Of a stretch of 64,000 nucleotides of DNA, positions 1 to 9,951 are shown in pieces. A model generated the notes under the pieces. The model saw only the letters and a list, made by a program, of their open reading frames with translations, had not been told where the DNA came from and made no database searches. Numbering within the stretch: the stretch's first letter is position 1; the number at the start of each line of letters is the position of its first letter. This DNA comes from an uncultured Candidatus Binatia bacterium. GTDB lineage: Bacteria > Desulfobacterota > Binatia > UBA9968 > JAJDTQ01. The DNA lies in assembly GCA_965219905.1 (NCBI GenBank), contig CBDCOS010000002.1, forward strand, positions 2,076,625-2,140,624, read 5' to 3'. The position numbers were made by a program, and so were the translations under genes.

Positions 1-29
1 ACGGCTCATAGAGGGGTCAGGGGCTATCC

Positions 30-947
30 ATGTCCAATGGGGCGGGTGCTGCGGCAGCAACCATTAACGGGCTCGGCCGCTTCGGCGGCGTCTTCGCTTC
101 GGTCCGCGACTGGCTCGTCCGGTTCTCCGAGAACCGCATGGCGGTGGCAGGGCTCCTGTTCGTTTCCTTCGTGTTCATCGTCGCCGCGTTCGCTCCCCAG
201 ATCGCCTACTACGACCCCGACGAAGTGGACCTGACGGCGCGGCTGGTGCCGCTGTCGGCCGACCATCCCTTCGGCACGGACACTTTCGGCCGCGACATCT
301 TCTCGCGCGTGGTCTACGGCGCGCGCATCTCGGTCATCGCCGGGCTCGGCTCGGTCACCTTGGCGCTGGCGGCGGGGATCTTCCTGGGCGCGGTCTCCGG
401 CTTCGCCGGCCGGACCCTCGACAACGTGCTGATGCGGATCATGGACGCGGTGATGGCGTTCCCGGGACTTCTCCTGGCCATCGCGCTGATGGCCGCCCTG
501 GGCGCTTCCCTCACCAACGTCTGCATCGCCCTGGCCATCCGCTACACGCCCAACTTCGCCCGCCTGGTGCGGGCGTCCGTGCTCAAGGAGCGGGAGAAGG
601 AGTACGTGGAAGCGGCCATGGTGCAGGGGGAATCCAACCTGCGCGTGCTGTTCCGCCAGATCCTGCCCAACTGCATGGCACCGGTGCTGGTCCAGGCGAC
701 CCTCGACTTCGCCCACGCCATCATCGCCGAGGCGTCGTTGAGCTTCCTGGGCATCGGCGTGCCGCCGCCCACGCCGAGCTGGGGCAGCATCCTGCACGAG
801 GCCCGCTCCATCATGGAGTTCTATCCCTGGGCCGCCATCTTCCCGGGGCTGGCCATCTGCTTTTCCGTGCTGGGGCTCAACCTCCTGGGGGACGGCCTCC
901 GCGACGTCCTGGACCCCCGCCTGAGTGAGGAAAGGTCCAGTGCCTGA
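30..947 (+). CDS. ABC transporter permease, DppC/OppC-like (peptide/opine family)
   Basis: 305 aa, multi-TM, typical DppC N-terminus and EAA-loop region (ASLSFLGIGVPPPTPSWG); in-frame stop at 9-11 so the start is inside the window. Confidence 0.85.
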   Translation: MSNGAGAAAATINGLGRFGGVFASVRDWLVRFSENRMAVAGLLFVSFVFIVAAFAPQIAYYDPDEVDLTARLVPLSADHPFGTDTFGRDIFSRVVYGARISVIAGLGSVTLALAAGIFLGAVSGFAGRTLDNVLMRIMDAVMAFPGLLLAIALMAALGASLTNVCIALAIRYTPNFARLVRASVLKEREKEYVEAAMVQGESNLRVLFRQILPNCMAPVLVQATLDFAHAIIAEASLSFLGIGVPPPTPSWGSILHEARSIMEFYPWAAIFPGLAICFSVLGLNLLGDGLRDVLDPRLSEERSSA

Positions 948-1908
948 GCCGCTTCTGGACGTCCGGGATCTCGAGACCCGTTTCTTTCTCCGCAAGGGGA
1001 TCCTCACCGCGGTGGACCGGGTGTCGTTCCAGCTCCAGGAACGGCAGACCCTGGGCATCGTGGGCGAGACCGGTTCGGGAAAGAGCGTGCTGGCGCTGTC
1101 GCTCATGCGGCTCGTGCCGCAACCGCCGGGCAGGATCACCAACGGCCAGGTCCTGTTCAAGGGCGAGGACCTCCTGACCAAGACCGAACCGGAGATGCGC
1201 TCCTACCGCGGCAGCCGCATCTCCATGATCTTCCAGGAGCCCATGGTGGCGCTGAACCCCGCCTACACCGTGGGCGACCAGGTGGCGGAAGGATACGTGA
1301 TCCACGAGGGCCTGCGGAAGAGGGAGGCCTACGAGCGCGCCGAGGACATGCTCAACAAGGTGGGCATTCCCAACCCCAGGGAGCGGCTCGACAGCTACCC
1401 CCACGAGTTCAGCGGCGGCATGCGCCAGCGGGTCATGATCGCCATCGCGCTGGCGTGCAATCCGGACCTGCTGATCGCCGACGAGCCCACCACCGCCCTG
1501 GACGTGACCATCCAGGCGCAGATCCTCGACCTCCTGCGGGAGTTGCTGGAACAGTTGGGCAAGTCGCTGATCTTCATCACCCACGACCTCGGCGTGGCCG
1601 CGGTGCTGTGCGACCACATCGCGGTCATGTACGCCGGCAACATCGTGGAGCTGGCGGACCGGAATTCCATCTTCGAGAACCCGCTCCATCCCTACACCCA
1701 AGGGCTCCTGCGGGCGCTGCCGCGCCGGGGCGAACGGGACCGGCTGCTGGACCCCATACCCGGGGTGGTGTGCAACCTGCTGGACCCGCCCCAGGGCTGC
1801 AACTTCCGGCCTCGGTGTGACCAGGCCATGGACGTGTGCGGCCGGGAAGATCCACGGCTCGCGTCAGCCAAGGGCCGGCAGGTGGCCTGTCACCTCCACA
1901 CGGCTTGA
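925..1908 (+). CDS. ABC transporter ATP-binding protein, DppD/OppD-like with C-terminal oligopeptide domain
   Basis: Walker A GETGSGKS, signature FSGGMRQR, Walker [13 protein letters not shown]; 4-nt overlap region with upstream permease. Confidence 0.9.
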   Translation: MRKGPVPEPLLDVRDLETRFFLRKGILTAVDRVSFQLQERQTLGIVGETGSGKSVLALSLMRLVPQPPGRITNGQVLFKGEDLLTKTEPEMRSYRGSRISMIFQEPMVALNPAYTVGDQVAEGYVIHEGLRKREAYERAEDMLNKVGIPNPRERLDSYPHEFSGGMRQRVMIAIALACNPDLLIADEPTTALDVTIQAQILDLLRELLEQLGKSLIFITHDLGVAAVLCDHIAVMYAGNIVELADRNSIFENPLHPYTQGLLRALPRRGERDRLLDPIPGVVCNLLDPPQGCNFRPRCDQAMDVCGREDPRLASAKGRQVACHLHTA

Positions 1909-1915
1909 GGACGTC

Positions 1916-2887
1916 ATGCGGGAAGAGATCCTCAGAGTCGACGACCTGGCGAAGTATTTCTCCCTGACTTCGTTCTTCTCGCTGTTCGGCGGCAAGGGCG
2001 CGGAGCTCAAGGCGGTGGACGGGATCAACTTCTCCATCGAGAAAGGCGAGACCTTCGGCCTGGTGGGGGAAAGCGGCAGCGGCAAGTCCACCACCGCCCG
2101 TCTCATCACCCGGCTGGTGGACGCCACCCGGGGCACGGTGCATTTCGAGGGACAGGAAATCCTCGGAATGCCCCGGTCCATCTTCCACCAGTTCCGCCGC
2201 CGCATCCAGATGGTGTTCCAGGACCCCTATACCTCACTGAACCCCCGCATGCGGGTGCGCGACATCCTCGGCAACCCGCTCAAGCTTCATGACATCGTTC
2301 CCGCCAACCAGGTGCGGGACCGGGTGGTGGAGTTGCTGGAGATGGTGGGTCTCCAGGCGGAGCACCGGGACCGCTATCCCCACGAGTTCAGCGGCGGCCA
2401 GCGCCAGCGCATCAGCATCGCCCGGGCCATGGCGCTGGAGCCGGACCTCATTATCGCCGACGAGGCGGTGTCGGCCCTGGACGTGTCGGTGCGCGCGCAG
2501 ATCCTCAACCTGTTCCGGCAACTGCAGCGGACCAAGGGGTTGACCTACCTGTTCATCGCACACGACCTGAGCGTCGTGGACTATTTCTGTGAGCGCGTCG
2601 CGGTCATGTACGGCGGCAAGATCGTCGAAGTAGGCGCGGTGGCGGACCTTTTCGACAAGCCGGCCCATCCGTACACGGAAGCGCTGGTGTCGGCCATCCC
2701 GGAGCCCGACCCCAGCCGGGAGTTCCGGCCGCGGGGCCTGGTGGGGGAGATGGTGAACCTCATCGACCGGCCGCCGGGGTGCGTGTTCCGTGGCCGTTGC
2801 CCCATCGCCGAGCCCGTGTGCGGTGAGGTGGAGCCGCCGCTGGAGAGAAAGTCCGGCGGGCGCCAGGTCGCCTGCCACATGCGCTAG
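1916..2887 (+). CDS. ABC transporter ATP-binding protein, DppF/OppF-like
   Basis: Walker A GESGSGKST, signature FSGGQRQR, Walker B LIIADEAVSALD; start moved to ATG 1916 (MREEILRVDDL) just after upstream stop at 1908. Confidence 0.85.
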   Translation: MREEILRVDDLAKYFSLTSFFSLFGGKGAELKAVDGINFSIEKGETFGLVGESGSGKSTTARLITRLVDATRGTVHFEGQEILGMPRSIFHQFRRRIQMVFQDPYTSLNPRMRVRDILGNPLKLHDIVPANQVRDRVVELLEMVGLQAEHRDRYPHEFSGGQRQRISIARAMALEPDLIIADEAVSALDVSVRAQILNLFRQLQRTKGLTYLFIAHDLSVVDYFCERVAVMYGGKIVEVGAVADLFDKPAHPYTEALVSAIPEPDPSREFRPRGLVGEMVNLIDRPPGCVFRGRCPIAEPVCGEVEPPLERKSGGRQVACHMR

Positions 2888-2901
2888 AAGGACGAATCGC
2901 A

Positions 2902-3852
2902 GTGCGCCAGTACATCATCAACCGCCTGCTGATCCTCATTCCGGTGCTCTTCCTGGTGTCGGTGATCGTCTTCTCCCTGCTGCACATGATCCCGGGAGAC
3001 CCCGTGGACTTCATCTTCGCGACAGAGGACCTTGCCGACCCGTCCGTTCGTGAAGATTTCGAAAAGCTGCTTGGCCTCGACAAGCCGCTGTACGTGCAAT
3101 ACCTGGTATGGATCGGCAAGGTCCTCCTGGGCGATTTCGGCGAGTCGATCCACTACCACCGGTCGAACCTGGAGCTGATCGTCGAGCGTTTCCCTGCCAC
3201 TATCCTGCTGACCATCTTCGCCACCATCGTCTCCATCCTGATCTCCATCCCGGCCGGGGTCATCGCGGCCATCCGGCGCAACACCGCCAGCGACTACACC
3301 GCCATGTCGTTCGCGCTCCTGGGCATCTCGATTCCCAATTTCTGGCTGGGCATCCTGCTGATCCTGGCCTTCAGCCTGTACTTTCCGATCCTGCCAGCGT
3401 CCGGCTACCAGGCCTCCTTCACGGCTCCCCTGACGACCTTGTCGTATCTGATCATGCCCTCCGTCACCCTGGGCACGGGCATGGCCGCGATCGTGGCGCG
3501 CATGACCCGTTCGGAGATGCTGGAGGAGATCGGCAAGGAATACGTGCGTACGGCGCGGGCCAAGGGTCTGGCCGAGCGGCGGGTGATCTTCAAGCACACG
3601 CTCAAGAACGCGCTGGTGCCGGTGATCACGGTCATCGGCCTCCAGTTCGGCCGCCTGCTCGGCGGCACCGTCATCGTCGAGCACGTGTTCGCCTGGCCCG
3701 GAGTGGGGAGCCTGGTGGTGGGGGCGGTCTACAGCCGCGACTATCCGCTGGTGCAGGCGCTCATCCTCGTCTTCGCGGTGATCTTCGTCACGGTGAACTT
3801 TTTCGTGGACATCCTCTACAAGTACGCCAATCCCAGGATCACGCTGGAGTAG
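2902..3852 (+). CDS. ABC transporter permease, DppB/OppB-like
   Basis: 316 aa, GTG start, N-terminal MRQYIINRLLILIPVLFLVSVIVFSLLHMIPGDP typical of DppB family. Confidence 0.85.
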   Translation: MRQYIINRLLILIPVLFLVSVIVFSLLHMIPGDPVDFIFATEDLADPSVREDFEKLLGLDKPLYVQYLVWIGKVLLGDFGESIHYHRSNLELIVERFPATILLTIFATIVSILISIPAGVIAAIRRNTASDYTAMSFALLGISIPNFWLGILLILAFSLYFPILPASGYQASFTAPLTTLSYLIMPSVTLGTGMAAIVARMTRSEMLEEIGKEYVRTARAKGLAERRVIFKHTLKNALVPVITVIGLQFGRLLGGTVIVEHVFAWPGVGSLVVGAVYSRDYPLVQALILVFAVIFVTVNFFVDILYKYANPRITLE

Positions 3853-3950
3853 GTCGAACAGGGGATTTGACCTCAAGGGCCAAAATGTGTGATGGGAGTT
3901 TCTTTCGGGATAAACGGCAACTCTAGGAAGCAAACATAGGAGGAACAAGC

Positions 3951-5501
3951 ATGAGTACGAGACTATCGCTATCGTTAGCCGCCCTGCTGCTGGCGTTCGG
4001 CCTGGCCGCACCCAACGACGCGGCCGCGCAGAAGTACGGCGGCACCCTGACTCTCGGCATGTACGCCGATCTGCATACCCCGGACCTGCACCGCACCGTC
4101 GGCAACCCCACGGCACAGATGGGCGTTCTCGTGGCGGAAAGCCTGGTGGACTATGACGAGAAGTGCGACATCGCGCCGGGTCTGGCCAAGTCCTGGGACG
4201 TTTCAAAGGACGGCAAGGCGTACACCTTCCACCTGCGCCAAGGAGTCATGTTCCACAACGGCAAGGAGCTGACCGCGGAGGACGTGAAAAAGAACTACGC
4301 GCACTTCCTGGACAAGAAGACCAAGTCCCCCCGGCGCGGCAACTTCAACTCCATCAAGGGCATGGAGGTCGTCGACAAGTACACGATCAAGTTCACCCTC
4401 GCCAAGCCGGACAACGGTTTCCTGGTGAAGTTCCGTCCGCTGGTGGCGTTCATCACCCACTCGGACAGCTTCGAGTCCAAGCCGCCCAAGCCCATCGGCA
4501 CGGGCGCGTTCGAGTTCGTGGAGTGGCAGCCCAAGCAGCACGTGAAGCTGAAACGGTTCAAGAACTACTGGAAGAAGGACGCCAAGGGGAACCAGCTCCC
4601 CTTCGTGGACGAGGTCGTCATGCGGCCCATCCTGGACGACACCGTGCGCTATACCTCCCTGAGGGCCGGCGATCTGGACTGGGTCTGGACGGTGCCGTTT
4701 GAGCAGGCGCAGCCCATCAAGACGAATCCGCCCAAGGGCGTCACTCCTTCGTTCAAACCCGGCGCGCGCTGGTTCTACCTGAACCTCAACCTGAACAAGG
4801 GTCCCCTCAAGGACATCCGCGTACGCCAGGCCATCGCATACGCCATCGACAAGCAGGCGCTGATGGACGGCATCACCTGGGGTATCGCTACAGCGGAGGC
4901 GCAGCCCTACTATCCCGGCTCCACGTGGCACTTCAAGGACGTCCCGGACCCCTACAAGGAAGGGAATCTGGACAAGGCCCGCGAACTGCTGAAGGCGGCG
5001 GGTCACGAAAAGGGCCTGGACCTGGTGACCATCGTGCGTAACGAGACGGTCATCCTGAATCTGGCCACGCTGGCGCAGGCGCAGCTCAAGAAGGTCGGCG
5101 TCAACCTGAAGTTCCAGGTGATGGACCGCGCGGCGCATACCAAGAGGCAGCGGGCGAACGACTTCGACGTAAACCCCGGCCACCTCACCTACGTTCCGGA
5201 CCCGGACGGCCTGTACTACCGGTTCTTCCGCGTGGGTCAGAGGAACAACTACGCCAAGTGGGACAACGCCGAGTACAACAAGCTGGTGGATGACGGCCGC
5301 ACGGAGTCGGACCCCGCCAAGCGCAGGGCCATCTACCGCAGGGCGCTGGAGCTGATCAACACGGACCTGCCCCACCTGTTCCTGGGGCACCTGCCGATCT
5401 TCCAGGCGGCCCGGACGCACCTGAAGAACATGAAGACCAACTGCCGCGGCGACGTGCGTTGGTCTGACGGCGGCGTGACCCACGCATGGCTGGAGAAGTA
5501 G
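3951..5501 (+). CDS. ABC transporter substrate-binding protein, family 5 (DppA/OppA-like)
   Basis: 516 aa, signal peptide MSTRLSLSLAALLLAFGLAAPNDAAA, SBP_bac_5-like sequence; RBS AGGAGGAACAAGC before ATG. Confidence 0.85.
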   Translation: MSTRLSLSLAALLLAFGLAAPNDAAAQKYGGTLTLGMYADLHTPDLHRTVGNPTAQMGVLVAESLVDYDEKCDIAPGLAKSWDVSKDGKAYTFHLRQGVMFHNGKELTAEDVKKNYAHFLDKKTKSPRRGNFNSIKGMEVVDKYTIKFTLAKPDNGFLVKFRPLVAFITHSDSFESKPPKPIGTGAFEFVEWQPKQHVKLKRFKNYWKKDAKGNQLPFVDEVVMRPILDDTVRYTSLRAGDLDWVWTVPFEQAQPIKTNPPKGVTPSFKPGARWFYLNLNLNKGPLKDIRVRQAIAYAIDKQALMDGITWGIATAEAQPYYPGSTWHFKDVPDPYKEGNLDKARELLKAAGHEKGLDLVTIVRNETVILNLATLAQAQLKKVGVNLKFQVMDRAAHTKRQRANDFDVNPGHLTYVPDPDGLYYRFFRVGQRNNYAKWDNAEYNKLVDDGRTESDPAKRRAIYRRALELINTDLPHLFLGHLPIFQAARTHLKNMKTNCRGDVRWSDGGVTHAWLEK

Positions 5502-5533
5502 GGAAGGAACGGTAGTCCCCGTTTGTAGCGAAG

Positions 5534-5561
5534 GCAGGGGCGACCGGCCGGTCGCCCCTGC
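5534..5561. repeat. REP-like palindromic element (perfect 28-nt palindrome GCAGGGGCGACCGGCCGGTCGCCCCTGC)
   Basis: Intergenic between SBP gene and hydrolase gene; same core as copies flanking the RAYT gene at 41.2-42.1 kb. Confidence 0.7.
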
Positions 5562-5694
5562 GGGGACCTACCGCAACGTAGGCAGACAGCGTCACAACGC
5601 GCGTCAGACCGGAGCCGGCGCGGGCCGGGGGTTTGACGCGCGTTGGCGCTTGGGGCAAGAAATTCTTTCAAGACCACGCCACGAGGGCAACCCA

Positions 5695-6675
5695 ATGGAA
5701 ACGCCGACCCTTTTCAACAGTCCGGACAAGTTCGAGAGCAAGTTCGCCACCGCCGACGGCTACCGCACCCACTACGTCGAGGCGGGCAAGGACAACCCGG
5801 AGAGCCTGCTGCTGGTTCACGGCGGCGGCATCGACATCGGCATGGACCTGTACCGCTGGTACCCGGTGGTGCTGCCGCTGGCGGAGAAGTTCCACGTCTA
5901 CGCCATCGACGAGCTGGGGCACGGCGAGTCCGATCCGCCCCGGGACACCGCGGACCTCTGGCGGCCCACGGTGCGCGCGGAGCACGTCATCAGCTTCATC
6001 GAGGCCATGGACCTGGGGCCCGTGAACCTGGTGGGCCAGTCCACCGGCGGCTGGATCGTCACCTACATCACCATCAAGCGGCCGGACCTGGTGAAGAAGC
6101 TGGTGCTCATCGACAGCGGCAGCACCGCGGGCTCGGCCCTCAGTACCGATGAGAAGTCACCCAAGCAGGTGGAGGTGGACGGCGCCATGGTGGAGGTGAA
6201 GGACGGCGTGCTGCCCTACATGAAGGAAGTCTTCGAAGAAGGCACCATGCATCCCAAGGAGGGCCTCACCAGCACCCGAGAAGGCATCCGCAAGTTCGTC
6301 AGCACCTACATCTACGCCAAGCACATGGTCACCGATGAATGGGTGGAGCACCTCTACAAGTTCGCCCAGAAATGGAACGACCTCTACTTCACCCACAAGG
6401 GCAAGGAGTTCTGGGACAACACCAACATGAAGGAGCACTCCAAGGAGTTCTACGTCGACGGGGTGCATATCCGGGACCGGGTGCACGAGATCCGGACCCC
6501 GACGCTGGTCATCTGGGCCAAGAACTCCAACAAGGGTGTCGACCCCGGACTGGCCCTTTACAAGCGCATCCCGGACGCCCAGCTTCACATCTTCGACAAG
6601 GCCAACCACTTCCTGTGGCTCGACCACCCGAAGGACTTCGTGAGCCTGGTGACCTGGTATCTGTCCAAGCCTTAA
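5695..6675 (+). CDS. alpha/beta-fold hydrolase, MhpC/BphD-like (C-C bond meta-cleavage-product hydrolase family)
   Basis: 326 aa from METPTLFNSPDKFESKF; nucleophile elbow GQSTGGW, HGG oxyanion motif; start chosen by alignment to paralog at 6719. Confidence 0.75.
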   Translation: METPTLFNSPDKFESKFATADGYRTHYVEAGKDNPESLLLVHGGGIDIGMDLYRWYPVVLPLAEKFHVYAIDELGHGESDPPRDTADLWRPTVRAEHVISFIEAMDLGPVNLVGQSTGGWIVTYITIKRPDLVKKLVLIDSGSTAGSALSTDEKSPKQVEVDGAMVEVKDGVLPYMKEVFEEGTMHPKEGLTSTREGIRKFVSTYIYAKHMVTDEWVEHLYKFAQKWNDLYFTHKGKEFWDNTNMKEHSKEFYVDGVHIRDRVHEIRTPTLVIWAKNSNKGVDPGLALYKRIPDAQLHIFDKANHFLWLDHPKDFVSLVTWYLSKP

Positions 6676-6718
6676 CCGCGGAGGGGATCCCGCCGCACGA
6701 ATCGCACAGGAGGAATCC

Positions 6719-7699
6719 GTGGAGACCCTGTTCAACAGCCCCGACAAGTTCGAGAGCAAGTTCGTGACCGCCGACGGTTACCGGACTCACTACGTGGAAG
6801 CCGGCGACAAGGACGCGGACCGGCTGCTGCTGGTACACGGCGGTTCCATCGAGGTGGGCATGGGCCTCTACCGGTGGTATCCCAACGTCATTCCGCTGTC
6901 CGAACACTTCCACGTCTACGCCATCGACGAGTTGGGCCACGGCGACACCGATGCCCCCAGGGACCTGGACACGCTGGGACACGTGCGGTTCCGCGCCGAG
7001 CACGTCATCAGTTTCATCGAGGCACTGGACATCGGTCCCATCAACCTGGCCGGCCAGTCCCAGGGCGGCTGGATCGTCACCTACATCACCCTCAAGCGGC
7101 CGGACCTGGTGAAAAAGCTCATCCTCATCGACAGCGGCAGCACCGCGGGCTCGGCCCTCAAGACCGAGAACGACACCGAGACGCCGGAGTACGTGGAGAT
7201 CGACGGCGTGAAGCAAAAGGTGGGCAGCGGCGAGTTGCCGTACTTCAAGGAAGTCTTCGAGCCCAACAGCATGATGCCCAAGCAGGGTCTGACCGACACC
7301 CGGGAAGGGCTGCGGAAGTACGCCAGCGTCTTCTTCTACGACAAGTCCATGGTGTCGGAGGAGTTCCTGGACTACCTGATGAACCTCTCCAAGAAGTGGA
7401 ACAAGCTCTACATGGACCACAAGGGCAAGGAGTACTGGGGCGACCAGGGCCTCGCGGGCCACTCGGACATGTACGGCTTCGACGGCAAGCATATCCGCGA
7501 CCACGTCAAGGACATCAACCGGCCCACCCTGGTGGTGTGGGGCAAGAATTCCAACAAGGGCGTCGATCCCGGACTGGAGCTGTACAAACGCATCCCCGAC
7601 GCCCAGATGCACGTGTTCGACAAGGCCAACCATTTCCTGTGGCTGGACCAGTGGCAGGAGTTCAACAGCCTGGTCACGTGGTTCCTGACCAAGGACTGA
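6719..7699 (+). CDS. alpha/beta-fold hydrolase, tandem paralog of 5695..6675
   Basis: 326 aa, GTG start preceded by AGGAGG; METLFNSPDKFESKF..., GQSQGGW nucleophile elbow; roughly two-thirds identical to upstream copy and identical length. Confidence 0.75.
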   Translation: METLFNSPDKFESKFVTADGYRTHYVEAGDKDADRLLLVHGGSIEVGMGLYRWYPNVIPLSEHFHVYAIDELGHGDTDAPRDLDTLGHVRFRAEHVISFIEALDIGPINLAGQSQGGWIVTYITLKRPDLVKKLILIDSGSTAGSALKTENDTETPEYVEIDGVKQKVGSGELPYFKEVFEPNSMMPKQGLTDTREGLRKYASVFFYDKSMVSEEFLDYLMNLSKKWNKLYMDHKGKEYWGDQGLAGHSDMYGFDGKHIRDHVKDINRPTLVVWGKNSNKGVDPGLELYKRIPDAQMHVFDKANHFLWLDQWQEFNSLVTWFLTKD

Positions 7700-7724
7700 A
7701 CCGCAAGGAAGGAAAGGACCCCCA

Positions 7725-8108
7725 ATGGAAGTTTTCAACGTCAAGGACGTCGGCAAGTTCTCGGACCAGAATCCCGATCAACCCTATTCGGAGAAGGCGG
7801 AGGGCGGCTACATCCGCAACCGCGTCATCAACAACGACCAATGCTCGGTCACCATCGCCTGCTTCCGCGACGGCGAGACCCCCGGCCCGCATCTGCACAG
7901 CCATCCCGGCGCCATCGAGATCTACTACGTGGTGGAGGGCGAGTGCCTGGGCATCGACAGCCAGCGCAACGAGCAGCGCTGCGGCCCTGGTTCCGTGGTG
8001 TATTTCGAAGCCGGCGAGCCCCACAACATCCACTCGGCGCCGGGCAGCGACGCCCTGGTGTACCGGGTCCAGATCGGCGCGGACCGAAGCGTCAAGCGGC
8101 CGGCCTGA
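7725..8108 (+). CDS. cupin domain protein
   Basis: 127 aa, HLHSHPGAIEIYYVVEGE ... GEPHNIHS two-motif cupin signature. Confidence 0.7.
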   Translation: MEVFNVKDVGKFSDQNPDQPYSEKAEGGYIRNRVINNDQCSVTIACFRDGETPGPHLHSHPGAIEIYYVVEGECLGIDSQRNEQRCGPGSVVYFEAGEPHNIHSAPGSDALVYRVQIGADRSVKRPA

Positions 8109-8144
8109 GCCGGCTTCCTCGCCGTCATTCCCGCCTCCTCCGTC

Positions 8145-8164
8145 ATTCCCGCGGAAGCGGGAAT
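8145..8164. other. hairpin ATTCCCGC-GGAA-GCGGGAAT with 12-nt direct repeat CGTCATTCCCGC x2 (possible terminator or regulatory site)
   Basis: Read directly from the sequence between the cupin and VOC genes. Confidence 0.3.
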
Positions 8165-8200
8165 CCAGGCGGTGAGGGGTAGGGGCGTCGGGTTGTCATC

Positions 8201-8647
8201 ATGCCCATCAAGGTTCTCGAACTGCACCACCACGGCATCCGCATAGAACCCACCGTGGATGCCGTGGCCGAGGCGCGGCGCTTCTACGTGGACGTGCTGG
8301 GCATCCCCGTCGACTCGAAGCGGCCTGACATCCCCGGCGTGCCCGGCTTGTGGCTGGACGTCGGTGACGGCCCGAAGTCCGCGCAGATCCATCTCATGGG
8401 CGCGGCGGGGAAATCGCCTCCCGCGCGCAGTGACACGGAAGACCCGACGATACCGCATGTTGCGTTGGCGGTGGAGGACATCGTGGAGACGCGCCGGGAA
8501 CTGGATGCCCACGGTGTCGCCTACTGGCAGATCGACGGCCTCGTGGGCGCCGATTCGCAACAGGTGTTCCTCCGGGATCCCTTCGGCAACATGATCGAAC
8601 TCCACCAGATCGGCACCTGCCGCTGCAACCAGGCCGCCCGCGGTTAG
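8201..8647 (+). CDS. VOC family protein (glyoxalase/bleomycin resistance/dioxygenase fold)
   Basis: 148 aa; N-terminal HHHGIRIE and C-terminal FLRDPFGNMIELHQ pattern typical of VOC proteins. Confidence 0.65.
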   Translation: MPIKVLELHHHGIRIEPTVDAVAEARRFYVDVLGIPVDSKRPDIPGVPGLWLDVGDGPKSAQIHLMGAAGKSPPARSDTEDPTIPHVALAVEDIVETRRELDAHGVAYWQIDGLVGADSQQVFLRDPFGNMIELHQIGTCRCNQAARG

Positions 8648-8672
8648 AACCGGCGCCCTGTCCCCCACGTTC

Positions 8673-9848
8673 ATGATGGGATTTCAGGTTCCAGAAGAGT
8701 TCCAGGACTGGGTCGACCTCGCCGAAACCCTGAGCCGGGAGAAGTTCGCCGCCAGGGCGCAGGCCATCGACCAGGAGGCCCGGTTCCCGTTCGAGAATTA
8801 CGAGGACCTGCGGGACTCCGGGATGCTGGCGCTCATGGTGCCCCGGGAGCACGGCGGCATCGGCGCCGACTCCCTGACCTACGCGGTGATCCTGTCCAGG
8901 GTCGCCAAGGGGTGTGCGTCCACCGGGCTCACCTTCAACATGCACTGCGCGATCGTCGACTTCCTGCTGCAACTCGCCAGCCCGGAGCAGCAGGAACGCT
9001 TCTTCAAGTCCGTGGTGGACGACGGGGCGATTTTCGCCTCCATCACCAGCGAGCCCGGGAGCTCCTTTCGCGACAAGGCGGCCATCCGCACCTCCATCCG
9101 CCAGGAGGACGGCAAGTACAGGCTCAGCGGCACCAAGCACTTCTGCTCGCTCTCCACCGGCGCCACCTACTACTTCACCTGGAGCCTGCTGGACGGCACC
9201 GAGGATCTCCGCGACGGCCTCCTGAACGTGCTGATCCGCTCCGACCAGCCGGGTATCGAGATCATCCACGACTGGGACACCATCGGCATGCGCGGCACGG
9301 TCTCCAATTCCATCAACTTCAACGACGTGGAGATCCTGCCGGAGAACGTCATCGGCGAGCCGGGCGCGATCCTCGGAAAGGACATGAGCATCTGGTCCAC
9401 GGGCTACACCGGAGTGTATTTCGGCATCGCCGAGGCCGCCTACGACTTCTGCCTTGACTACGTCAGGAAGACGAAGTTCCGCGGCATGAGCGGCAGCCTC
9501 GCCGGGGACGTCCGGATACAGCGCCAGATCGGCGAGATGGCGACGCTCCTGGAGAGCGCGAGGCGGGCGGTGGAGCGGCTGGGAATGCTGCGCGGCAACA
9601 CCGACCGGGTGGAGCTGACCTTCATCCTGAACCAGGCCAAGTACCTGGCAACGGAAGCCGCCAAGGAGATCGGCGAACGGGCCATCCGCCTGACCGGCGG
9701 CCGCGGGCTGCTTCGTTCGCTGCCCCTGGAACGCCATTTCCGGGACGCCCTGGCCGGAATCGTCATGCCGCCGGCCAACGACCGGTGCATGGAGACCGTG
9801 GGCAAGATCGCCCTCGGCCTGGAAGCCAAGACCCTCGAGTTCGAGTAG
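8673..9848 (+). CDS. acyl-CoA dehydrogenase family protein
   Basis: 391 aa; ACAD-like N, middle and C-terminal regions (MLALMVPREHGGIG..., ...IRLTGGRGLL). Confidence 0.7.
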   Translation: MMGFQVPEEFQDWVDLAETLSREKFAARAQAIDQEARFPFENYEDLRDSGMLALMVPREHGGIGADSLTYAVILSRVAKGCASTGLTFNMHCAIVDFLLQLASPEQQERFFKSVVDDGAIFASITSEPGSSFRDKAAIRTSIRQEDGKYRLSGTKHFCSLSTGATYYFTWSLLDGTEDLRDGLLNVLIRSDQPGIEIIHDWDTIGMRGTVSNSINFNDVEILPENVIGEPGAILGKDMSIWSTGYTGVYFGIAEAAYDFCLDYVRKTKFRGMSGSLAGDVRIQRQIGEMATLLESARRAVERLGMLRGNTDRVELTFILNQAKYLATEAAKEIGERAIRLTGGRGLLRSLPLERHFRDALAGIVMPPANDRCMETVGKIALGLEAKTLEFE

Positions 9849-9951
9849 CAAGCGCCGCGTGTGCCGCGACGCACGGTAGAGAAGTACAACCCGGCCGCTC
9901 CCGGCCACGCGCGGAAGGACGACCGAACCGCAACACCAGGTACGGAGCATC

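Noticed and set aside
6874-8175. 433-aa and other long overlapping ORFs (e.g. 24..1181, 2884..4206, 8394..10202, 9763..11181, 16917..17954, 19411..20757, 46275..47543, 42615..43634, 49149..50723)
   Set aside because: High-GC genomes have stop-poor alternative frames. These ORFs are antisense to, or out of frame with, strongly supported homologous genes, and their translations are Arg/Gly/Pro-rich low-complexity.
8171-8196. GTGAGGGGTAGGGGCGTCGGGTTGTC resembling a REP arm
   Set aside because: It shares only the TAGGGGCG half with the REP family and has no second palindromic arm. Probably coincidental or a heavily decayed remnant.
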